Positions 24,333 to 35,103 of a stretch of DNA of 64,000 nucleotides are shown here, piece by piece (the first letter of the stretch is position 1; every line of letters begins with the position of its first letter). Origin of the DNA: Saccostrea echinata (Eukaryota). The position numbers and the translations under genes are program-made. The notes beneath the pieces were generated by a model that saw only the letters and a program-made list of their open reading frames with translations, made no database searches and was not told the origin of the DNA. Where the stretch lies: the NCBI RefSeq assembly GCF_033153115.1, contig NW_026889762.1:3472001-3536000 (forward strand), read 5' to 3'.

Positions 24333-25670
24333 ATGGAAACGAATTCATCATTTGCATCTTTAACAAATTTTACTTTTATGGATTCACCTAAAGAAGAGAA
24401 TGTGCGTTTAGTTTCCATCATGGCGGGGGTCATATTTGGCATTTCAGCTCTACTTAATGTCGCAGCTTGTCTCGTTTTGGCGAAAGACAGAACTCTTCGG
24501 AAACGCAGTCAGTATTTGGTTTTTCTGATCATTTCATTCGATGAGATTCTTTTTGACATTCTCTCTTTGATTTCATTGTTTTACACAAATTGCGGTAAGT
24601 ATACATGCAGAGCGATAATATTTTTATGTACTATCTGCAGACATAACGTGTATACCCATCTTCTCTACGTATGTGTTGAGCGCTATTGTGCTCTAAAAAT
24701 GACATTACGTCGTGCATTTTTCATAATGACTAAAGAAAAAACAAGACTGATTTTTCTTGGATGTTCACTCTGTTTGTCCAGTTTGATATTTCTTCCCGTG
24801 ATTCTTTTATACGCAAGAACAGATTCTGTGGTTTGTCTTCCTAGACAACTATTTAGGGATCAAGTGTATTTGCTCTTTAGTGTCACTAGAACAACTTTTT
24901 CTATTGAAATTATTCTAATGTCGATACTCTATGTTTACATAGCTAAGAAAATAAGATCATTAACAGCCCCTGGATTAACAAATACTGACCCCAATACAGT
25001 CTCTGGAAACATTAATGAAAACAGTCAGGGAAGTAAAAGTAAGGCTCGAAAAAGCGGAATTCAACTCCAATCATATGCTTCATCTTCTACAGATCCGTCC
25101 AGAGGATCTTCAAAAGAAAAGACAACTCAAACAAGTGTAGCAACTATTGAAGTCAAACCAATCCAAGCAAATCTTTTACATTCTAGATCTGAGGAACAAG
25201 TTTCTTACCCTCCATGGCAAAAAGGAAAACAAAATCATGAGAGTGTATCAGTTAAGGATCAAATTACGCTATACTCGAACCAGAAAGCTTCTGTTCGAAA
25301 TCAACTGGATTCAAATCTCGCCGTACCATTAAACCGACAAGAGGGTCTAGATCGGGCTCAATCGGGAAATAAAGAGGTATCGTCAAAAGTAGCTGAAATG
25401 TTTCATTCTAAGAATGCAAAGGCAAAGGAGACCAAACCAACAAACACAATGGCAGGAAGAGCCTGGAAGCTCAAAGCGTTCAAGATTTTACGTTCTTTTC
25501 TCATGGCTACAGTTATTCCTGCAATTCCAATGATAGTGGCGCAAGTTTTTTCGTTCTTCAACCCATGGATATATACAGACTTTAATGTAAATATTGCATT
25601 ATCATTGTGTAATGTTGTACATACTTTTGTTCAGCCTCTTTTAATCATTCTTAATGCAAAATCATCATAA
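24333..25670 (+). CDS. Intronless rhodopsin-like (class A) orphan GPCR, 445 aa
   Basis: Seven hydrophobic segments and N-terminal N-glycosylation sequons (NSS, NFT). TM1 Asn, Cys at the top of TM3 plus an ECL2 Cys, ERY after TM3, TM5 LY..I..KI, a long polar ICL3, a TM6 Pro, and TM7 QPLLI in place of NPxxY. Confidence 0.9.
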   Translation: METNSSFASLTNFTFMDSPKEENVRLVSIMAGVIFGISALLNVAACLVLAKDRTLRKRSQYLVFLIISFDEILFDILSLISLFYTNCGKYTCRAIIFLCTICRHNVYTHLLYVCVERYCALKMTLRRAFFIMTKEKTRLIFLGCSLCLSSLIFLPVILLYARTDSVVCLPRQLFRDQVYLLFSVTRTTFSIEIILMSILYVYIAKKIRSLTAPGLTNTDPNTVSGNINENSQGSKSKARKSGIQLQSYASSSTDPSRGSSKEKTTQTSVATIEVKPIQANLLHSRSEEQVSYPPWQKGKQNHESVSVKDQITLYSNQKASVRNQLDSNLAVPLNRQEGLDRAQSGNKEVSSKVAEMFHSKNAKAKETKPTNTMAGRAWKLKAFKILRSFLMATVIPAIPMIVAQVFSFFNPWIYTDFNVNIALSLCNVVHTFVQPLLIILNAKSS

Positions 25671-26653
25671 GGTTGAAAAGGGTAATGTCGTGAAAGAGTT
25701 AATACTGAGTCTATAGTGCTGAATTTTTATCCATTCATCAAACTGTAATTATTCAAACAATAAAATTCTTTCTTTGGTTGTTAGTAAGCGGTTTATGTTA
25801 AGTTTTTCTGCAATAACAACTAACTAACAAAGAAACACATTATATTGTTTATATTTATATTTGTACAAAAAATCATTAAAAGTAGGATTAAGAAGATTAA
25901 ATATTGTATCAATGATATGTACGTAATTGTACGTTTCATTGATGGAAGAGCCACTACTCAAGAAGTTTGTGGAAGTGATATGCTTAGTGGTGTTTACTGA
26001 CTAATAAACGACAATGATTTTCTTAAGATATAAAGACAATAATAGTCAGTGGATGTAAATTCATAGGATGCTGTGGAAAAATGAGAACGAAATATTCGTT
26101 AAGCACATTGATTGTATCTTATTGTATTAAATGTCTTTATATTAAAAGTTTAGAGACTATATCAAGTTGAATTCATCTATAACAGGTTTATAAAGTATAA
26201 TTTGATAAAGTCTAAGTTTTGAAATGTAACATATATAACAACAGTGTATATGTCTAACATTGATGTCTTTCATATTTTTTTTTTAGCTTTATTATGTTTG
26301 ATAACATCGAACACGTTCACAGAATCTCCCCTCCCTGAAAAAAAGTTCGTTTTTGTATAATATGGTTTACAAAATACTTAACCTAATTAATCATATGGAT
26401 GTTTCAGTAGTAACTGAATTAGATAGGCAGCAATTTAATAATTATGAATTTTGTATCTATTTATTGGTTTAATTTTAATAGGAATTGGTTCAAATCTAAA
26501 TATTGGAATTTTTAAAGATTTTTAAAATTTTGTTTAAATTTCTTTTCAAAGTAGGTTTATCATAAATTCCTATTTGGTTTTTGTTTTTAAAGGCTTAAAA
26601 ATATTTACAAATATTAATCTTACAAATAGTGCAAAAACACATAAATGTTCTTT

Positions 26654-26954
26654 GTCTCCCGCGTGGCGCAGTGGTTAGAGCGTTTGCTCTAGAGTCGCGG
26701 AGTAAGGAGTTGATCCTTACATGTCGGGTTCGAATCCCAATGTGGGACGTGGTGATCGATCCGTTTGCCGAGACCGTAAAAACCGAGGTCCCATGTTGCT
26801 GTAGGTGCTGGCACGAGAAAGATCCCTCACTGCTCAATGACCCTGAGCGCCGAGTATAGGTCAAAATTTGCAGCTCTCTTCCGGCAAGTGGTGGCGTCTC
26901 TATATGAGTGAAAATTTTTCGAAAGAGACGTTAAACAACAAACAAACAAATAAA
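26654..26954 (+). mobile_element. Full-length tRNA-derived V-SINE
   Basis: A box TGGCGCAGTGG, B box GGTTCGAATCC, V-domain-like GAGACCGTAAAAACCGAGGTCCC…AAAGATCCC, (AACA)n tail. Imperfect TSD acataaatgt(t)cttt at 26639-26653 and 26955-26968. Confidence 0.9.
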
Positions 26955-27452
26955 ACATAAATGTCTTTCTTCTTAGGGTTAAAGTTTCGTGGTTTGAAAA
27001 GAAAATATTGGTTAGTGCGGATTTGATTTCGTGGATAAAGAATTGTTGAGTAGATTTGTATATCACATTTTATATTTTGTGGTGAACATAAATTTGTTGG
27101 CTTAATCTTCATACCTCATTCTCCAAACTATTAAGTATAGAAATAATTCATTTTCAAGATTTCACAGGATTATGGCACTAATCAATTAGCTTAATACCTC
27201 TAGACTTTATGTGTAAAAGTTTGCTATGATCCAATGAGTGTATGTCCTTGCACTTGATCGATTTATTGGGACCCTTACATTACTTTTAATGTCTCTACAT
27301 ACAACTATACAACAGTGTCGGTAAACAATGAAATGTACGTAAAATATATGAATAAAATCATACAAAAGACATTGCATTTAAGTTAAATATTTGTTTCAGA
27401 TATTTAAGTTAATGTCCTCTTACATATCTGCAAAATATTAATAATATTTCAT

Positions 27453-27617
27453 TATAGGATGAATTTAATACCTACACAATTTATACGGTATAAACTTAGT
27501 GGTCTGGGCAGTTAACATTTTATAAACTATGACGAGGTTTATAAAAAAAAAAAAATTAACAGTTTGAACCCAGTTTTTTTCGTATAAATTTGGTAGCTAT
27601 CAAATTAATTCCTAATG
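27453..27617. repeat. Decayed foldback palindrome, same family as 6001-6179
   Basis: ggatgaatttaata…ggcagttaac…aaactatgacgaggttt…ttaacagtt…aacccag…ggtagctatcaaattaattcc. The downstream aaatgt…gtca.gcgg.ttgatac.tttttga is also shared. Confidence 0.7.
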
Positions 27618-27739
27618 AATTATTTTTCAACCATTTATTGTAAAGAGGGGTTGGGGGATTGGGGTTGACTGTCCCTCAAATATGACTGCAAATTGTACAA
27701 AATTTAAATGTTATGTCAGGCGGATTGATACTTTTTTGA

Positions 27740-28047
27740 TTGAGTGATTGATTGATTGTATGTTGTTTAACGTCCCTCTCGAGATTTTTTCACTCATATG
27801 GAGACGCCACCACTTGCCGATGGAGAACTGCAAATTTTGTCCTATACTCGGCACTTACGGCCATTGAGCAGTGAGGGGTCTTTTTCGTACCAGCACCTTC
27901 TGCGACATGGGGCCTCGGTTTATACGGTCTCATTCGAAGGACCGGTCTCCACGTCCCACAGTGGGATTCCAACACGCGACGTAAGGATCAACTCCTTACT
28001 TTGCGACTCTAGAGCAGACGCTCTAACCACTGCGCCACGCGGGCGAC
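27740..28047 (-). mobile_element. Full-length tRNA-derived V-SINE
   Basis: Reverse-complement copy of 26654-26954 with a (CAAT)n tail. Perfect 13-bp TSD GATACTTTTTTGA at 27727-27739 and 28048-28060. Confidence 0.92.
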
Positions 28048-28174
28048 GATACTTTTTTGAACCCTAGTTGCGTTGTAGGCATCACAATATTTACGATGTT
28101 AAGTAATTTTTGTAAACACCAGAACTAGATTATTAAATTATAAAATAATTTTTCGATGTAAAAATAATACTTAA

Positions 28175-28453
28175 TCACTGCATACGAAGTGCACCAAGTT
28201 TTACAAAGTGACGTCATATCGACAAATGCATCGCGATCAGTAACTTTTTATATCTTGTTATGTGTGATATTACTACCGACAGCAAATAACTGTAAGTTTT
28301 TGATGAAGCTTAATGCTCCCCTGCAGTTTAAAATCGCAATTAAATCATTTTATTTGTAGTATTTTTAAGAATTGTTAGTCTTGTATGATGTCATAGTCAA
28401 TGTTTCCTGTATTACTTAGGCTCAGCCTCTTTTTTATAGACAACTGAACTGCG
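28175..28453 (-). repeat. Dispersed repeat, copy 2 (inverted relative to 22804-23090)
   Basis: Collinear reverse-complement similarity to copy 1, visibly diverged. Confidence 0.7.
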
Positions 28454-28957
28454 AAGCTATTCCAGTATGAAACAGGAAAACAGCCAAATTTTAGCACTGA
28501 AGCAATATTCACACATCAACGCAAGAATTAAGATATCATTTTAAAACTTTTATCGGGATGTAAATACGGATTGGTAATATGATCAAATCCCATAAGGGCT
28601 TTATGGTAGATTCGATTTGAACACATGCTAACCCGTATGCACATCCAGAAAACAGTTTTAACAATGATACTTTATTACTTATATTTACATTTGAGACTAA
28701 TTTACAACGTTTATTATGTATTATAGCTTTATACTCATCAAATGATTTAATTTTTTCAAACCTCAACGATATAAATTGAATGTGTTGAACTTGTCTACCA
28801 CTTATGACGTCACTGTGAAATTACCTCAATCGTTTATGACTAAACAATGAATTTAGCAACACATGACGACCCCGTTTTTACAAAGAATTAAATAATCTTT
28901 GATCAGATCGTGTTATATAAAGGAAAACATTTGCAAATGTAAATAAAAGTAAATAAA

Positions 28958-29640
28958 TTATTATTATTATTATCATCATACAATATTTATAAAGCGCCTT
29001 ATGTAATAAAAACAATCATTCTAAAGCGCTGTATAACATAGTAAAATTACATTTATAAAATTATAGAAACATTATCAGGAATAAATGTAAAGTTGAAAGG
29101 CATAAGCGATTAAAATTTAGAAATTATAACGTTTAAAAAAATTAAATATGAAAAATTTGATGGATAAATGATTTCAAAATAAGAAAAATATATAAATACA
29201 ATAGAGCAGAAGAAATATCATAAAAATTAAAAATAATTAATTTAAGTCACAGATATGATCTTTATGCATAAATTACCATTTTTAAAAAGTCTTTATGAAC
29301 TCGCCAAAGATTTAACCAAATGCCTCCCTAAAAAGATGGGTTTTAAGATGTTTTCAGTGTGCACAGATGGTCATGAAAGCAGATATGAAGGTAGACAGTT
29401 CGAGAGGGATGTTGCAGCCACATCAAAACGTCTTTTTCCATAAGTTGGAGTTCGACATTGCGGTCTTTGCAGTGTCTGCTTGTCTGCTGATCTAAGGGAT
29501 AGATGTTGATGAGCGTTACAATGTATTTTAGTGCAATGCTGTTTATAGCTTTGTATGTATAGAGAAGAATTTTGAATTGGAAGCGTTTCTCAATAGGAAG
29601 CCAATGTAGAGACATGAGATCAGTTTGAAAACTCATGGTT
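28958..29640 (-). mobile_element. L2/CR1-group LINE 3' remnant
   Basis: Minus strand LMSLHWLPIEKRFQFKILLYTYKAIN is a typical L2/CR1 ORF2 C-terminus. The 3' end carries agcgctttag…taaggcgctttataaat and an (ATA)n tail. Confidence 0.85.
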
Positions 29641-31005
29641 TTGTATTTTCCGCTACAATAATATTTGTCTTCAAATATCTTTTAAAGTAAAATAAAAAAG
29701 TTAGAAGAAACAATTTTCTAATCCTATATATCCCGGTATAATTCATTATCATGCTTTCATACATTTGCTTAAAATGTGAATCTAAGTCACATGTTCCTGG
29801 CAGACCATTGTTATAAATAATGATAGATTAATGATCATGATTTTTCTTTCAACCTTTGTCTCGAAGTCCAATTATGTTGAGACGTTTTCTCACTTATATT
29901 TCGCACAAAAGGATTCTAAATAAAAATAGGATAAAACTTGGACATTATACATTCATCTGATTTAACACATTCTAAATACTTTCGCGATAAACCCAAAGAT
30001 TTTGTTTACTTCTACGTAATCTGATCATAAGGAAGGGCCAAAAAGTGGGATTACCAAACACATCCATTTTTTGCGTGACGTCAATAGGAATATTGTAGAC
30101 ACCGGAAAAAAAACCCGTTTGGTGAGAAAAAAAATCAAAATTATTATATATTAAAAAAGAGAGGGCAAGCCGTAAGCAAACATGTTGAATGATGTTGTAA
30201 ATGATATTATCAACGTACAAATTCCTCTTAATATACACTTTATCTTTTATTTTATTACAAGAAGATTTGAACAGATATAAAATTATAAAAATCGTCAGTT
30301 ATGCAAAAATATGAACAAAAGTATAGTTTAAGCTGGTATTTCCTCAAAATTGGAGTTAGAGGACGTGAACAGAGTCATTAGACCTCATAAAAATCGAACA
30401 AAATCCTTCAGTTGTTGGAATTCAAAGATTATACATAGAATAAGTAAATATAGATCAAAATTACGTTGCATATATCCTTAAGCAGGGGTTATGTAGAATA
30501 AAATATCCTCATTCCAACATAGACCGAATGTCAAGCACAAATAGACAGGAAATCTACTAGCAACAAAGTGTGTTCTGTAAAAACATACTTAAATTAAATG
30601 GTATACACTGTTTTAATTTAAATAAATAGAGGCTATCCAATATTCTGTAGCTGAACGTGTACTTTATTTTAAAAGAGAGGGGACAGGATAATTATTATCA
30701 TGAGTTCAAACTCTGTCTCACAAGTATAATAAATGACATATCCAACATCAAAACATTTAGTATCCTGTTCATTTATTACTGAACATTTTCTCTTTTATCT
30801 CCTATGAAAACTGATTCATTCATTTGATTGACTATTTCCTTGCAGAAAACCTTTAATTCGCATGTATTTTTCCAATTCGGTTAGCAGCGGTTTTTTATTC
30901 ATCAATACTTGGTGAAATTGTTAATTATGAACATTTTTTCCTGTTGGTAAATGGCTGGTAATCTATGTTAAAAATAGTTAAATATATATGCAACAGCTAT
31001 GGGCG

Positions 31006-31188
31006 NNNNNNNNNNNNNNNNNNNNNNNNNNNNNNNNNNNNNNNNNNNNNNNNNNNNNNNNNNNNNNNNNNNNNNNNNNNNNNNNNNNNNNNNNNNNNNN
31101 NNNNNNNNNNNNNNNNNNNNNNNNNNNNNNNNNNNNNNNNNNNNNNNNNNNNNNNNNNNNNNNNNNNNNNNNNNNNNNNNNNNNNNNN
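31006..31188. other. Assembly gap (183 N)
   Basis: Run of N. Confidence 1.
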
Positions 31189-33064
31189 ATTTGCAAATGT
31201 TTTCCCTTGCATAACACTATTTGAACAAGGCGTATTAAATTTTGTGTAGAAACAGGTTCGTCACCTGACCATAAATTCATTGTTAAAGTATATCACTTGT
31301 GACATTAGTTATATAAAGGATTTTTTTAGGATTATATTTTAGATAAGTACATGTACTTATATAGCATGATTCAAATTCGTAAAGAAAACTGGGGGTAAGT
31401 GTGCATCTCACTGAGCAAAGGTAAAATTAACTTGAACTTTTTGCATTTAAATTGTAACTCTTAAGTTAATGATTTTAACCAGTATCATATTTTACCAGAT
31501 GTAATCATGGTAATAAATATAATTTTATTTTGCGTAAAATAGTTTGAATAATATTTATCATTGAACAAACCATGCAAATTAATGCGCATAGATTATTGTG
31601 TGACGTATTTGCACTGAAAAAAGTATTGTATTTGGGGTTTTAAAAATCTAAATAGGCAATAATATATCTTTTTGAATCAAATTTTTTACGACTTAAGTGC
31701 TGATCGGTTGGAAAAATCTTGTTTAAAATAATGAAGAAAAAAGTTGGAGCCAGTGGTGTGAATTTTGAGTATTGGTCAAAATATGCGATTATCTTCAATA
31801 CATCTTCATTTCTAGGCGAATTTTGTTGAGTGAATGTGTAAAACTTGTTACAAATTATTAATTGAAACCTATATGTAATATTCCTAGCATATAATAACGA
31901 AAATAATCCTCTGAGTAAAAAAATATGGTGAGCTAAAGTTCGAAGATATCAAATTAAACAAATGATTGTGTAGATTTGAAGAATTTTCTTCTTTATATCA
32001 TCAGCTGAATATCCTTCCGCCCCAAGAAAAAGTCCCTCATAAATCTTGTTTTTTTTTTTTATTATTTTATGAGCAGTTTTAAAATTGAATGTTGTATAAT
32101 TAGCATTGTTTAATTCAAATATGTTCGAGATTGAAAACTGTTCGTTATCTTCATATTCATTATAAAAATTTAATTGTAATAAACAGTTTGGAAGATAGAG
32201 GTCTTGCAGAAATTTTCCTAAAAGCTGACGAGTGACATACCTTAAGTCATAAGCGATCGTAGTTATTTCATAGTGCTGTTATTTTGATTTTTGATTTTTT
32301 TTCATAAAGTAGGATTTCTTTTAGTTTTTTATTGACCTGGTGAAGAAAGAACAATGAAGTTAGCTGGGATTAGATCGCTCACAGATTACATACGCATAGC
32401 GCCTTTCTGTGGACGTATTCAGAATGAATAAAAATAGAAGAGTGTATGTTTTCACAATCTTTTGTACTACTGTTATTTCAACCTTTTTTGTTTCAAAGAC
32501 TCGAGGAAATCTCCCAGTCTAAATGAGCTTCGAGACAAAGGCTTTGCGAAAATTAATTATCATATATCAACGACTATAACAAATGTTTTCATTCATTTAC
32601 TTGTGACTCTCATTACCATTTTCCAACGGTGAATAAAGTCAGGATAATTTCTACAAAAGGAATCAAAGTACTTAACTCAGAGCACGAAACGAACTGGAAA
32701 GCGCTAATTGTAAACAATGCTTTTTAATTTAAAGTCATCCAAATTAGTTGAAATTCTAAAGTCTCTGTTGTATTGGAATAAGTAATTTGTTGACCCTGTG
32801 ACTGTTGGGGGGGGGGGGGGGTAGCAGTTGTTTAATATATTATTCACTCAGAAATTATTAAAATCCGGTTAGTGTTGTTCTGTTTACTTTTTATTAATGT
32901 TTTTTCTATTAATAGCAGTCGAGTGATGACGTCGTAATGGTGCACTTCTTGGCCTCAGACACTCTGTTGTCTTTGATAACTTAAATTTTAAAACTTAAAC
33001 TTCTTGAAAAAGTCTAAATTTCTCGAGAAATGATTTGAATTCTTCTTTAACATACTCGCGTTTC

Positions 33065-33818
33065 AAGGGTCTAGACTGTAACCTCACATGACGTCATATA
33101 TATAAAAGTTCCATTACCATAACGAAGTCTTTAAAAGGCATATTTTTAACAAAGAGAATCTAATTTACTTCTTCCACCGATTAATAGGTGCAGGACTAAA
33201 CCTTTTTTTAATTAAATACAGATTTATCATTTCGCGCAGAGTTACGATCACATTTTTCTTTTGAAAATGGCAAGTTTTGTATCAGTGTGACCTACTGTTA
33301 AAAAAACAGATATCATGAGTAGTCAACTGTTAATAACACAAAATTCTTCCTATATAACTATGACAAAGGCATAACAAAAAAAAAAATAAATAAAAATGAG
33401 TCGGGCTCGTATTTTTTATATCAAATTCTAATTATAAAGAAATGGAATTTCGAGTTTAGGCAGGATCTTATGAATATTAATAAGATGTTTATCACGTGAG
33501 AACAAAAACTGCACGCCTTTTCTTCTTATGAAGAATATTTGGATTGACAACATTGATACAAATGAACTTTTTTCTAAAGTAACTTCTGGACACAGAATGC
33601 AACACATAGACTGTTTTTCTATAACTGTCGTACTTCTGTAATGTTCTTTGGTGCAATAAACAAAGAAAGCTTCATAAAATAACTCACTTGTTTTAATGAA
33701 ATTTGCTGAGAGAAAGCTAATAAGATTCTCTTTGTTAAATATATTATGCCTTTTAAAGACTCCGTTATGGACATGCAACTCATATATGCCGACATGTGAA
33801 GTGACAGTCTAGACCCTT
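33065..33818. mobile_element. Non-autonomous TIR DNA transposon (about 750 bp)
   Basis: About 37-bp imperfect TIRs: aagggtctagactgtaacctcacatgacgtcatatat and atatatgccgacatgtgaagtgacagtctagaccctt. A related terminus lies at about 9857-9915. No clean TSD, so the superfamily is uncertain. Confidence 0.75.
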
Positions 33819-35103
33819 CAAATGTCTCGTTGTGCGGTTTGAAAAGGCGGACATAAACAACTGCACTTGCCCCAAAGGTCGCACAGACAACAAATCACTT
33901 ATTCCAGTACAATAGGGAATATAAATTTGAACTTATTCTGATGTTTGTAGCTTTAGCGCTTTCCAGTGCTTTCAGTACTTTAATTTTTTTTCTCGGACCA
34001 GAACCACCCACCCCCTCCCCATTCTAATAAAATTTCTTTACAATCTCCGGGCGTCGAAAGGATATTGGACTTTTGTATGGTTTGGGAAATAAAGTTGTAG
34101 TTAAAGACTTTGGTTTCAATACATCTATTACGGCTGAATGTTGAAAGAACAGAGTACTTTAATGCATGAATAGATTCTGGTTGAATATACACAATATCTT
34201 TCCTTTAAGTAACCTCCTCAAGGTGGTTTAAAAAATAACCATAACAGTAACTCCTTTCTAGAATTTCCTGGTTCTTGGAGAAAGAATCAGTAACTTTTAA
34301 TATAACACATTTTTAAGATTAACACGTTCTTATTTATAAAATAATCCAAACAGCCACTTCCTCCGTTTGAAATATATAAATTTGAAAAAAAGATAACGAC
34401 TTAAATAAAAAAAAAATAAATAAAAACACAATAGATATCGCAAGAAAATTCACACGAATTGAAATATATAACATCCACAGTATTCAGTCATATCGGATAT
34501 CGGGGTGGAGTTGTGGATTGGTTGGGGTTACTAGTGAATATATTTCAACTGTAAAGATCCTATTTCAACTGTAAAGATCCTACAAAAACGAAATGTGATA
34601 AAAAAAAATATTTGCACAAATTAAAAGTATATGACGTCCAGTCCTTGGGTTTGGGGTGGCAGGTGTAAATTCTTATAATTAAAGGAGCCACTGCATCGCT
34701 TAATGATACATTAGTTTGTATCATTAGCGGCCGATCATGTACGTAGATACACATTTTTTGCTTGTTTCCTTAAGCGTTGGAGCTTAATGATGTAATCCTA
34801 TCACAAAGCACGATTTGGCATTAGCGGTTGAGAATGTCAGCTATTAATGCAATGGCAATGAGCGTCACAATTACAACGCCTAATGATATTCCTATCATTA
34901 AGCGGCCTTTTATCATTAGCGGTTGCTACAATGCACTGCATTACAATTCATCTGTTTTTTGCACTGAAACAAGATAATGTGTGTATCGAAAAAAAGCAAT
35001 AGGTATGGATAAAAGATAGAAGAGCCGTGTAATATGCTGATTTTATTTTATAATATAAATACACTTATTTGTAAAATTTTATTAATGTCACATGACAATC
35101 GAA

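Noticed and set aside
26654-26748. Functional tRNA gene, possibly an amber suppressor (CTA in the loop)
   Set aside because: The anticodon-like loop is 9 nt and the stems are mismatched. The head runs into a SINE body, tail and TSD, and related copies are scattered through the window.
26595-28067. Short ORFs similar to each other on opposite strands
   Set aside because: Chance frames in the two SINE copies.
30965-31280. ORFs spanning the N run
   Set aside because: Artefacts of the assembly gap.
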